Shown here: positions 39,805-51,659 of the stretch, piece by piece
Layout: each line of letters starts with the position of its first letter
Position numbering within the stretch: position 1 is the first letter of the stretch
Assembly: GCA_965112155.1 (NCBI GenBank)
Contig: OZ218114.1
Strand: one strand, 5' to 3'
DNA length: 64,000 nucleotides
From: Podarcis liolepis
Taxonomy: Eukaryota
Translations under genes and position numbers: made by a program
The notes under the pieces: model-generated
Told to the model about the DNA's origin: nothing
Database searches by the model: none
The model's input: the letters and a program-made list of their open reading frames with translations, nothing else

Positions 39805-42800
39805 CTGCAGAGGAGAAGAAAGAAAATGGGAGATCAAGCGTTATGAGGAGTGGTGCCAGGAGCGCCCTCATGCAAATCCCAAAAGCCATTCCAGTCATTG
39901 CCACTGGATACTTCCACTACCTTAGCTCACCCACAGCACCAAGGAAATGAGACAGTGGCTCTTTTCTAGGAATATTTGCTGAGACACCTTCTCCAAAGGC
40001 AAGGCCAGCAGAGGCCTGCTAAACTTCCGTTTCAGAGCCCAGTGCAAATTCACAAGGTCCTGGCTTACAAGTGCCAAACAGACCCTCAAGGCCACATCAG
40101 AATGAGGCTGTTTGGCTATGCCAGGAGGTCTGCCCTCTGGGGGAAGGATTTACAGCCCCAATTATTGACAAGAACCACAGAATCAGAAGCTTCAGCAGGC
40201 ATCCCTCAAACCACAAGGACAGCAGCTTCTGAAATGCCTTCAGAGGAAGTATCTGCCAAATGTTCAAAACTCAAGAGCTGACTGGGCAGCCAGGACTTCA
40301 TGAAGTACATACTCCAGATCCCTGTGAGCTTATATGTTTTCCATCAACCCTCTTACAGAATGAATAAACCCATTAAAAAAAACCCCAAAAACCCCTAAAC
40401 ATTTCAGCAAACAATTTAATGAATCTCACATAACCATGAGTGGTAGAACTGAGCTTCCCATTTATCCAATTTGTCATGTTGTTGAGAACATGTGTAACTT
40501 AGCACATATACCAGGGGGAGGGGAGAGAGAAGACTGATGAAGATTTTCAGAAGAATCACTGCTCAAGGGTACAATAGCTATCAAAGGAGGGAAACATCTA
40601 CAGCTGCTCAGGTGGAGGGTAGCTTGGGAAGAGATAATGGAAGGAGTTGAGGGACAAGGACCTCCCCACCCCACTCTTGCACAGGAATATCATGCACAGG
40701 AATAAGGATCTGGGTTAAGCCAGTTCAGCCAATTACACCCACATCTCCCTCCAGTGTCTTTTTCAAGATCTGCCAGGCCTCTGTGCTGCCCTCCAGTGTC
40801 CAGCAGGAAGCCTCTTGAAACCACCACCACCCCAACAAGGAAGGCTTAGTCAGTTGCTCTGGTGTCACTTCTGCCATTTACTGTGCCATTCACGGGGTAC
40901 GGGGCAGTGTGCCTAAATCTCAGATATGGGCAAGAGCACCCTACTTGGGGGAAAGAAGCACTTTTGTCTTCTCTGCAAGGGGCACAAGCACACCCACCCA
41001 CACCAACACCTATATACATGCTGGAGGCTGCAATGTGCTTGGATGGGGCCAGATATTTCCTGAGAATCAGCTGGAGGTCCCCAAAGCCATTCAGATTTGA
41101 CTCCTTTTTTTAGCTGTGCTACTTTTAAGTAGGTGGAAGGACAAAGATCGAGGACGGAGCAATCTGTGCCAGGGAATTAGCAGCTCCTCCTCGGGCTCAG
41201 AGCCCAGCCACCTTCCCAGCTGCGCCTACAACCATGCAAAGAAGGAAAAAGCACTATCGCTTTGGACAAAGTCACAGGGGACCTTCCACAACCTCAATTT
41301 TTCCCCAGTTTTTTTTTTTTTTTTTTGCTTGGGGGGGTGCAGGAGGGAGACAAATGGCAGCGAATGGCAAAAAAATGGCTCATCTATTAATATTCTTAGC
41401 AGACCACTTTACCACCACCAGCCCCTCCAGGGAGGATGCCTCCATCCCAACTGCTCATTTGAGGAAAGGCTATTAAAGCCTTATTGGGCACAGCAATTCA
41501 CATCTCAACACAAAGCAGGGATGAGACCGTAAACGCTAAGCAAGATGGGAAAAAATATTTTTGTTTTCATCATGATGGTGAATATTCAGAAGCCGTCTCC
41601 TCTTCTAATACCATGGGTCCAAATACCACGCAGCTTTCTTGGGCTGGCATTAGAAAATAATATCTAGAATGTTTTAATTACTTCATAGTACAGGCACAGT
41701 AATGTGCATCTCTTAGAAACAAGGAAGCAGTTAACAGAGCTGCAAGACAGCAAAAACTGTCTGAATGGAGCCACAGGAGGCGATGGAAAGGCTCTTCACA
41801 CACCCGCCCCTCTCTCAGAATAAGCTCCTTGCTCTGGATACAAACATCTGCCTGACAAAATTGCTGGGGTGGGGAGGCACTCTGCTGCAAGAGAAGATTT
41901 TTGGGGGGACAAGATGCGCCACACCATTTCCTGCTATTTGCCAGGAGGCACTTTGTTATGGACCAAACAATGCTTCTGCTAGATTCATCCCAAGCCTCCC
42001 CAGGACAAAACCCAAACACAAGGATCCCCTTCTCTGAAACTCCAGGCAGACGACACACACTCATCATAGGCCCTTGCCAGTAGGGAAGAGGCACAAGCCA
42101 GCTTCCAGTTACTGCTACCACGATACCTAAGACATGCTACCCATTGAGTTCCTGCGTCTCTCCTCACCATCAACTCAGGGTCATCACAACTACATAACAG
42201 CAAATTTAACTAGAAGAGTGTCAGAAAACAACCATCTAGTCCATTATTGTGTGAACATTGTCTGGCAGTCCCTCTCCACTCCAGGGTGTCCACGGCTCTG
42301 CTTCAACCCTGAGGTGAGGGAACTCCATCCCTGGTTTGCTTTCTTTTTCCCTTTTCTCTTGTTTTTTCCCTTACAAGAATTTCCTTGGCCCGCCAACATG
42401 TGTGAGTTTTACACAGGTAGAGTGAATACTCATTATCCTTTCAATGGCTAACAATGTTTGCCCTCTTTCCTAAGACCAAAATAAGCACCTTCTTCTCGAT
42501 CCACCTAGTCCAGCATTTCTCTTTTGTTAAAAAGAATCCCAGTTGTGCAAAAGTGGGATTTGGTGCAAGACATAAAATTCAGCATCCGAAGAATTGCAGA
42601 TTTTTGGTAAGAGAGTAGAGAGGCATTTCTAGCAGATAAGCTTGAACAGAGGAGGCGGGAAGAGCTGGACTTTCAGCAATCAAAGCTCTGAAGCTTTGTT
42701 ACTTGATACAGCATTTCATCTTGTTGTTTTACTATTGTGTTTGTATTTCAGCCCTGTTAATAAGCCACTATGGATATATTATAGAAAGGCAGGATATAAA

Positions 42801-45800
42801 TCTTCATAACAAATAAATAAATACACAAGCTCTGCGTACCTCCTGCCAGAAACAGAATTATGCCAGCCAAGCAAATATTTGCATAATGTATTCGGGTCAC
42901 AGAACTGGGAAGAACAGACACAGCCCTGGTCCTGGCTTACAGAAATCTGGGCTCACTGCAAGAATGGCTTTAAGGGTCAAAATGGGGCCCTTAGAGGAGG
43001 CAGCCATGTTCATGCAGCTGCTAGCAAAGCCCACTCAGGTCCAGTAGGAGGGCCCCCATTCTCTCACCACTGCATTCAGTGCTCCCATGAGCAGCAACCC
43101 CTTGGGAGATAACCATTTTCTCTGCAGTGAGTCCACCACCCTACTCACCATGTTAAGGTTAGTTGCACAGATATGGGGGTGGGGAAAAAGAGGGGAGGAA
43201 ATCCTCATAAATAAGGAGAGGAATTCAAATTACTAGTAAAGCTTTTGCAGGTCAAAAGGGGCGGAATGGATTTTTAATAGAAAATGGAAGTTATGGGATT
43301 GGTAGTAGTTATGAGACAGACGCATAGAGTTAAATCCATCTAATCTCCTTTACCATTTAACGGTGAGCACCATCCTAATTCCATGTTTCATAAAACTGCC
43401 TCCAAATCACCAGGAGAGATTAAAAACATAGAAATAGCCTTGCAATATTTTTAAAACAGAAATCACTTCTGGCATCTGGTCACAATCCTTGGCTGTAACC
43501 TACATATCAAAGGCATTAATTTAGACCCAACCTTCGGCACTGGTACAGAAGGGAGGATGGGATGGCAACAGAACAGCAGCACCAAAGCGAAGATGCACAG
43601 TCTGTGTTCCCAGCGCTGAAGAAAACACATTTCGAGTTCTCACAGAGCAATCTTCTTAAATTGTAGGAAATTGCAACCTAGAGGTATTGAAATATTAATA
43701 CTTCGGCTTTGTCCGGGGAAAGAGATTCATTTTGTCATCATTCTACCATAATATTTACTCATCTTCCTCACTGGACTTCTTCAAGTGTTGCACTGCTAGA
43801 AGGAACCTGGCAAAGAAAGATGAAGGTCCCTTTCTGTCAAAGCAGTCGTCTGCATCCAGCACACGTCTTGGGGGCAAAGCACAGAGATGTTTCTGACCCC
43901 CTTCCAAGAAGTCATCTTCTCACCCTTCCACATGTTACCACACCCTCTAAATATCATAGACTGAGATGCTACACTGGCCCAGCCTTTGGTCCACAGGTGA
44001 GACCACAAGGAAAAATGATCTTGCATGACAAGAACATTGCTCTTCTTTTCAAGGGTCAAAAGACATTTACGATGGCTTAAACCTACTGAAGAGATGTGAG
44101 GGGAAGTGGGCTATTTTATTTTATTTTTTTACAGCCCACCAGTTAGCAGCCTTTAGTGGAGATTTTATATTTTACCAGTCAGATGAATTCAGCAGGGAAT
44201 ACCGCAGTCAATAGGGCCTCACCTAAGTCACAGGCTCCTGACAGGTCTCTGCCAAATGGAGCTGCAATCCTCAAAAACAAGAGGTAAAAGATACAGATGC
44301 CACCAAGAGTTGAGTAGGAATCAGCAATGGTGGCTGCAAAAGTGGGGCAGATGTCCACTCCATCAGACTTCAAAGGATGCAGTGGTTTGCGGGTACAGAA
44401 ATTTCAACCTCACCATGAGCTTAGAAAGCTGCTCCATCCTTGTTGCCCGCCCTACTGATCACAGGCTCTTACTGTGCACAGGTACTGTTCATGGGTAGGG
44501 GGTAACAAGTCAACAGCAAAATGTGCAGAGCATCTCTAGGGTAAGCTGTCTTTTCCAGGCAGCAATTCCTCCTCCATCGCGCCTTGCTCCCCCACACCCA
44601 AGTATCATTCTCTGAAAGCACACTGAATGGTGAAGGGACTGAATGGTGGAGTTAATGCACAAGATGGACTTGGACAACATGTTCAGTGGGAAAAGGGGAG
44701 CAAGAAGAAGCAGGAGAACCCCCAAACCTGCCTTGCCATTCCCACCTAGAAGCTAAGTTAACAATGAGCCACAAACGGCTTTTTGACAAGAGGTGCAAGA
44801 AGCTGCCAGCAACCTTTGCTTCCTCATAGCTTGTTTATGCCCTCTTTTTTTTTAAAAAGGGGGGTAAACTGGACTTCTGAACACTGCAAGGCAAAGACCA
44901 CCTTCTTTCCCCCTTAAATGGCTTCAGACACAACCAGCTATTACACCAGCCACCCTTGGACTATGTTAGGAGACTTATTCTCTCCTTGGATGCAATCTAT
45001 CTGCTGTAAGTGTAGAGCTTAGGAAGAATTTAAATAACTTGCTTCTTAATTTAAAAAAACAACAACCTTAGCAGCTGTCAGAATAAGTGAGTGTGTCAGG
45101 GACACCAGTGCCGAGATGACAAGGCAAACAACCAATTCTAAGGGATCAACCTCCCTCTGGGAGCCTTCAACCTTACCCCTTTTAGCTATCACTCCCAATG
45201 GCTCATTATCAGAATCTGAACCGTGAGGAGAAGGGAAGGATTTCACCCAAAATCATGCAAGCCAACCACTGCCTCAACCCTTTGGTTAAGATATTGGAGG
45301 GCATTGCCTCATGGCCCACTTTTTGACAGAGTACTTCCTTGCCTCTTGCTCCAGAGGACAGCATGCGTCAAAGCGCTCTGTGCTGAAGACTCTACATCCA
45401 TCAAGAGCAGGGGTTGGCAACCTAAGGCCCATGGGCCACAAGCGGCCCATGGGGGCTGTTTAAAACCGGCCCATGGGCCCCTGTCACCCGCTCAGTCATC
45501 TCCCGTGTGCCACGCTAAACCAGTGTGCAGCAAAGCGGGGAACGCCTTCCGTGACACTGGCAGGCATCCCGTTGGCTGCAGGAAGCTCCTGCAGCCAATG
45601 GGAAGCTGTGCATGCCTCCTCCGCACCGGAAGGAGTGCCGGAAATAGTGTTTGCGCATTTGTGCATGTGCCTGCACTCCGGCCCACCACAGCGTCTGCAG
45701 GACCATGAACCAGCCCAAGCCACAAAAACTTTGCTGACCCCTGATCAAGAGCATCCAGGTTAACAGTTCCCTGAGAATGAGGGAATGAGGAGCTGGCATC

Positions 45801-48800
45801 CTTCTGGAAGTCTTGACTGGGACAGAGACAGCTAAACACTGGAAATCAAGCGGCAGTAGGGAAGAGACTGTGGTGCAATTGAAGCAATTACAGTATGCAG
45901 AAGCCCAAGCATCTCCTTTGCCACACCCAGAACACTATCTGCATAGTCATGCATCCAATGCATGCCTCGCCCCAATGAGATCTCCCCTCCCTGCCACAGA
46001 TGTCTCATGCTAAGATCCCACACCCCTTGCTAAACACACACACACATATATATATATTGGAAAACTCACCAACCACCACATTAAATTTACAAGGATAATG
46101 TGGTGAATCTGTGGAGTGGGTGTTTTTGTGTTTTAAAGATTTGTTACGTTAATGACTCTGGAATTTTTTAAAATACAAGTTGAAAAAATAAAATATAAAA
46201 CATACAAGGAGAGGCTATGCACTGCTTGAAATTGGGCTGATCAGCCATAGGAGGGCAGTGCACCAATTTCTGGCACCCAGTGTGAGTTTTGTTTCAGCTT
46301 CTCTCAGCTCCATTCCATTTTAGGCAATGGGCAATAAGCTGTTTGCACCATTTTGAATACACAAATTACTAATTGCCACCACAACTTCCCTTGCTGGGAG
46401 AAGCTCTGACCCAGCTCTATTATTCTGCAAGTCTAGAGAAGGCAGGAGCTTTCAGAAGCCTCTCTCCAGAGTTCTGTTCATCTCACCCAACCGCCATGTC
46501 TACCAGGCACTTCAGGATAATGCACACAGGGTTCAAATGCACACACTCACACACCTCCATCAAGGGTAAGCTAAAAGTGAGCTGGTGGGGACATTACAGC
46601 CAAGCAATGCTATTTAGCACATTGGCAAAGGCCACCATATCATTTTTTTTAAGGAAAAATATTTAGCTACATTTTAAGGGGAAACCTCTTTGCATGATTT
46701 GCCACAAATTGAAGGCTTACTGAGGATGAGGAAATACAAACAACAAACACAGATGGAAGAAAAAGCTGAAATCCAGCAGATTTTTTTTTCCACTTCCATT
46801 CAGATACAATAAATAATTTTGCTCCTTTCCGATTTCTCAAGGAACTGAAATTGAAGAGGCCTTTCAAACTGCTTTTCCTAATATGGAAAACTGGCTTCCC
46901 AATTGCCTCCTTCTCTGGTATAGAGTGGCAGGTGGTTAGTCCATGCTGTTTGGAGAAGGGAAGAAATCACACCTCCTGGCACATTGCAGAACGTGTGGGC
47001 CGCCATGTTGGGAGGATCTGAGCCACAGAATGTGAGAGACGCCTCAGCTCTTCCTCTCTCACAGAGCTCCTCCGCTGCTGGGAATGAGACAGGGGGGCTC
47101 AGGCAGCCCCTCCAATGCCAGCCTAGCAGGGGGAAAATAATGACAAGAGAAGGGTATGGAGGGTGCTTACGAAACAAATATGAAATTCTGCCCACTCTCA
47201 CCGGTGCAGTTAACACCGGAGGGGGGAGAGATGGCTACGTGTCACTAAATTCCATCACCAAGCCTGGAGCCAAGTTGTGCCCAGCTTGCTCTCAAGAGCG
47301 CCAAAAGCTCCAGCCGAGATAGATAATGGGGGCAGCACCCCCTAGATTTTAAAGGTATGCTGCTTGGCAGCCAACTTGGGGTTTGGAGGACCCCAGGCAA
47401 TGGGTCATCAAGGCTTAGCAGTCATGCAGGGGTGGGCAACTTCCCCTGCCCCCATCCGTTAGCTTCCAATGCCGCTGCTATTTAGCAGAACCTGGAACAT
47501 GTCAAACCAGCCCTTTCTCTACAGCTTAATGAGGATCCCATGTTTAATTTCTAAGACAAACAAAGCACAATGAGGGGGAGGCACAAGGGAGGAAACAGAA
47601 GTGGTGCAAATGGGAACTAAATAGCTGCCTGATTTTAATATGAGAAAAGCTCCACATAAATAGGATGCAGCAGGCAGAGGTGGGGTGGAAACAGAATTGC
47701 AAGCATCCCCCACCACCACCACCACCACCCTGCGCCAAGCCATGGATACCCAGCCATGACACTGGACATGTCTGCAAAGCAAGCAGAGTTGCTCACATCC
47801 CTCTCCTCTGCTCCCAAGTCGTAAAAGCAGTGACACTGAGCTCTCTGCCCAGTGAGATACCCACATACACTTGTTAGCCGCCTGTATATAAATCTGGGAA
47901 ATGGGCTCCAACCCATTGACGGTTTTTTCCTCAAACTTTAGTGTTCCCTTGGATCAAATGTTTATTTGCTTTTTTGTTATAACAGAGCCCTTTTCTACAA
48001 CAGAAGCCCATTAAACTGTTGTGCTTAGATGCCCAAATATATTAAGTATCCAAAAGGCTTTTCATGCATTAAGCAATATCATTTCTCACCCTAATATAAT
48101 GTAACCTATTGTATTGTTATTCACTTTCTGGAACTGCTCCATTTTAACACTTTCTAACAAAGAAGCAGTTAGGGGTCCATTAAAAAAAAAATCATGGCTT
48201 CCAAAAAGGGGATGAGGCTGTGCGAGATTCTGTTGAGGAAGACTCAATTTGGTCTTCTCAAAGACTGAACAGCTGCTACCACCAAAGACACTTTCCCAAA
48301 CCACTGGGAATGAAACTAATCAATCAATCTAGTACAAACAATTATTATTTTGCCTGTGAAAAAATCAAAGGGAATATAGCACACATTGTGTGTGTTTTCC
48401 CCCCTCTTCCTTTTGCACAGTCAAAATGCAAATGCAGGCAAATCAGATGCTGGCATGGATGACAGAGACAAGCAGAACCTCAACACAGAGAGATCTGGGG
48501 GGATGCTCCCCCCAAAAACAGACTAGCCCTAGCTTTAATTAAAAAGTTACTTTATGATTAATAACTGGCATTCACATAACTATTCTGCCCAAAACAAACA
48601 AAACATTTAAAATGTGCTAAAACAAACAAATAGGTATTCATTCTACAGCAACCACCCAATTTCTGTATGTTGCTCTCTTAACAGTCTGTCTGATTGGAGC
48701 CAAAAGAAGGAGAGACACTTTGCTTTGCTCACAAGGCATGACAGGATAAAATCTCACAGTGGAACCTGTGAAAGGGAAGGCAGGCAGGCAGGCACCCCCC

Positions 48801-50140
48801 AAATTGCAGCGCTTGCATGATTGTTCTTGTGGATTGTGCACCAAACAGATGGCAGAAGCTGCAAATTGCCCATCCTTTTATGCAACACAGATCGATTACA
48901 CTAAACCGGGTTGTAATTTCATCCGATGCAACATCCAATTGCCTTCTGGTTACAATGGCTTCATTAGTGGGGGCCCAATTTCTGTACAGAAGACCCCCAA
49001 ACCCCAGCTTCCAGTTCCAAACAGAACCTTGCTTCTTAAAGAATTGCATTGCCCTGACAACTGAATTGGCTCATATCCCCCCTTTTCCAAATCTGATTCC
49101 TTTCCAACTGCTGGGCTAGATTTAGTAAAGCACTCCTAGAGGGGAGGCTGTTATTTTAAAGGCATATCAGGGTTTGAACTATCTTATGGGATTAGAATAT
49201 GGCTCAACGTTGACTTTGACAACTGGGGACAGAAGAACAAAGCTCTAAAAGTATCGCTGGCAGCTTTAAGCCTTGGAATTCTTGCTCGAACACACAGGGA
49301 GATGCTGCCTTGGTATCTATTCAACATTCACGTAATTAAATACATTTCTGCAGAGATGGGCTGAGGAGAGGCGGGGGTGCGTTATTTTTAATTTCCCTGA
49401 TGAATGAATTTCAGAGGCTACAAAGAGTTAATGGCAATAATTGCCAGCTCAGGGATCCAGACTTGCTCTCTGCCTGCCCAGCCTGTGCCAGGCTCCCGGG
49501 CACAGCCCCTGCTAACCCAAAATTCACATTCACCAGAACAGAAACCCAAAAGCAGACAACACCAACATTCCCCAGGGTTGATGCTTCTTCTGGGAGAGAC
49601 TGGCAGAAGGGGTGCCCTACACACACATATATATATTTGGGGGAATGTGGGGGGGGGACACACAAAGCAAAGCAAAATATAGGCCATCCCCACCTCAAGA
49701 TGGGGGGGACACAGCTAGCAGCATAGCAGCCCTGACAAATCTGAGAACTCCCCGTGCAAAAACAAAAAAAAAACCTAGAGTTCTGGATCACATTAGGATC
49801 GTTTTCCACAACGCCCACCAACCACCTTTGGGGAAAGAGGACCTACACACTGGTCAAAAGCAGACCAAAGTGCAAGTCTGAACTAGCCCAAGCACCGGCG
49901 ACGGGAGGGGGGGGCGCCAGTGTAGGGTGCCCCCTCCGTCGCTGGCAGGTCAGGAAGCACCCTCTTGCCCGAAGCCGAAGGGCGCTTCCACCGCGAAAGA
50001 GTCAGAAAGTGCGGTGGGCTGACCGGGAGGAAGAGCTCCCTGGAGCCGGGCGCAAGTGGCGTTGGGGAGCCGCCGGGCATTCCGGAGCGGCTCGGCTAGA
50101 AAAGTTCCCGACCCGACGGGGCGCCGCCGCCCTCGCCTAC
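39805..50140 (-). other. DSCAML1: DSCAML1 intron 1 (10336 bp)
   Basis: GT..AG between exons 1 and 2. Confidence 0.9.
45408..45743. mobile_element. 336-bp hAT (Charlie-like) MITE
   Basis: TIR CAGGGGTTGGCAA / TTGCTGACCCCTG. Perfect 8-bp TSD ATCAAGAG. GGCCC subterminal motifs and retained CpGs. Confidence 0.93.
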
Positions 50141-50780
50141 CTGGGCTGGTCCAGGAGTTGAGCAGCAGGAGGCAAGAAGTGACCAGCCACATGCCATCCA
50201 GGGGGGCCGGTGCCGCGGGCGGGCGGGCGCCCTGCCTCTGCCGCTGCCCGTGTCCCTGGCCGGCCCTCGCCAGCTTCCCCCGTCGTCGGATGCTCCGCGC
50301 TCGCCTGCCCTCCTGCTCGCTCGCCTGCCCGCCTAGCGCTGCGCCCAGCTGCTGCTACTGTCAGCCGGCGAGCCAGCGAGGAGCGAGCGCGCAGGAAGGG
50401 AGGAGCGGGGCGGGCTCCCACATCCCCGCCCACACAGGCCGCGGGGGGAGGCGAGAGGGAAGGGGACGCCTCCCTCGCTCTCCTCGAGCGCTAACCTCCG
50501 GCCAGGCAGGGGCAGGTGCGCTCGCGGGCAGGTGCCTTCCCGGGGCTGGGCGCGCGCTGCTTGCCCGCCCGCTCTCCCGCGCCCTTCCGGAGACCACCCC
50601 GAGGAATGCCCGGAGAAGGGCAGCCCGAGCCGAGGCGAACCCAACAGTCCTTCTCACCTGGACGCTCCTAAGCCACCAAGTCGGCGCTACCACGCTAGGC
50701 AGTTTCCGCTTCCAGCGGGCAGTGGCAAGAGGTCATCCCGGCGCCCAGCCTCTGTCCGGACTGGCTCAAAGGCTCTTATC
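49890..50780 (-). promoter_or_regulatory. CpG island: DSCAML1 promoter / 5'UTR / exon 1
   Basis: Very high GC and CpG density against a CpG-depleted background. GC box GGGGCGGG near 50407. Encloses the start codon. Bounds approximate. Confidence 0.88.
50141..50192 (-). CDS. DSCAML1: DSCAML1 coding exon 1 (signal peptide, MWLVTSCLLLLNSWTSP + 1 nt)
   Basis: ATG at 50192-50190. The N-terminus resembles vertebrate DSCAML1 (MWLVTFLLLLDS...). Donor CAG|GTAGGC at 50140. 52 nt (phase 1) joins exon 2 in frame (G+CG = Ala). Lies in a CpG island. Confidence 0.92.
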
Positions 50781-51218
50781 CTGTGGACAGGCTGACCTAG
50801 GGCTTGGAATTGCTCCAAGCGAATATGCACGGGGAAAGGGGTTTGCATCGCTGGCAAAGAGCTGCCTACTGGGTGCACCTCAGCTCTCTTCTCTTTGCTC
50901 CAGGAGAGGGGCACTTCCCCACCCCACAGGGGCAATTCAGTTACACCCAAGGATTCCCCCAGCAACTCTGCAGCTCCTGCAGTGCTCACAAGCCTACAGC
51001 GCTGAGGAGCTACCTCCGATTCATCAGGCAGACCTCCCTGTGCCAAACCTGAGCTAGATCAGAGCCTGGATGGTTGTGAGAGACATCTGTTGCAATGCTG
51101 TGTACATTCTAACACAGGGGTGGGCTGAAGGTAGATCTAGATCCAAGGGGTTTCTGACTACCAACTGGCCAACAAAAGCAACAACAAAAAGGCTTTATAA
51201 AGCACAATAATAATATTG

Positions 51219-51324
51219 CTGAAACAAAGAAAGCTTGGGGGAGAACCAGTATACTAGTAAGAGTGTGTGTATATGTATGTATGCACTAGTATACTGGTTC
51301 TCCCCCAAGCTTTCTTTGTTTCAG
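51219..51324. repeat. Perfect 40-bp inverted repeat with 26-bp spacer
   Basis: CTGAAACAAAGAAAGCTTGGGGGAGAACCAGTATACTAGT (51219-51258) is the exact reverse complement of 51285-51324. Confidence 0.97.
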
Positions 51325-51495
51325 TGCACACACACACACACATATAATCAAGTGTGAAGTCTGCCTTACCCCTGTTCTTAAATATATGAATTCTGGAATC
51401 ACAGAATTGAAAGTGCCCTTGGAGGCCACTACTTCTTCAACTGGTGGGTCAGGAGCCACTGCTAGGATGTTGCCTGATCTAAGGTGGGTCACAAC

Positions 51496-51659
51496 CATAG
51501 CTGTCAACTTTCAGATTTGAAAATAAGGGATCAGCAGCCTCATCTGTCCCGGGGACAGTCTACAGGATATCTAACAATCCAGGATAGCAGCGGGAAGCAG
51601 TGGGAAACGGCGCTGGAATAAGGGAATTTCCCGCAAAAAAGGGAAGGTTGACAGCTATG
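51496..51659. mobile_element. 164-bp hAT-type MITE
   Basis: Perfect 13-bp TIR CATAGCTGTCAAC / GTTGACAGCTATG. 8-bp TSD GTCACAAC/GTCACAAT. Confidence 0.9.

Noticed and set aside
39338-39925. 195-aa plus-strand ORF
   Set aside because: Antisense shadow of DSCAML1 exon 2 with no independent coding hallmarks.
39930-39950. REST/RE1 site (CAGCACCAAGGA)
   Set aside because: The right half lacks GGACAG, so it is only a partial match.
50193-50354. N-terminal extension of DSCAML1
   Set aside because: The frame is open for 54 codons upstream to a TAG at 50357-50355 but contains no ATG. Openness is expected at this GC content.
50056-51057. 333-aa plus-strand ORF
   Set aside because: Non-ATG start and low-complexity R/A/P/G composition. 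This is the expected stop-codon scarcity in a CpG island antisense to exon 1.
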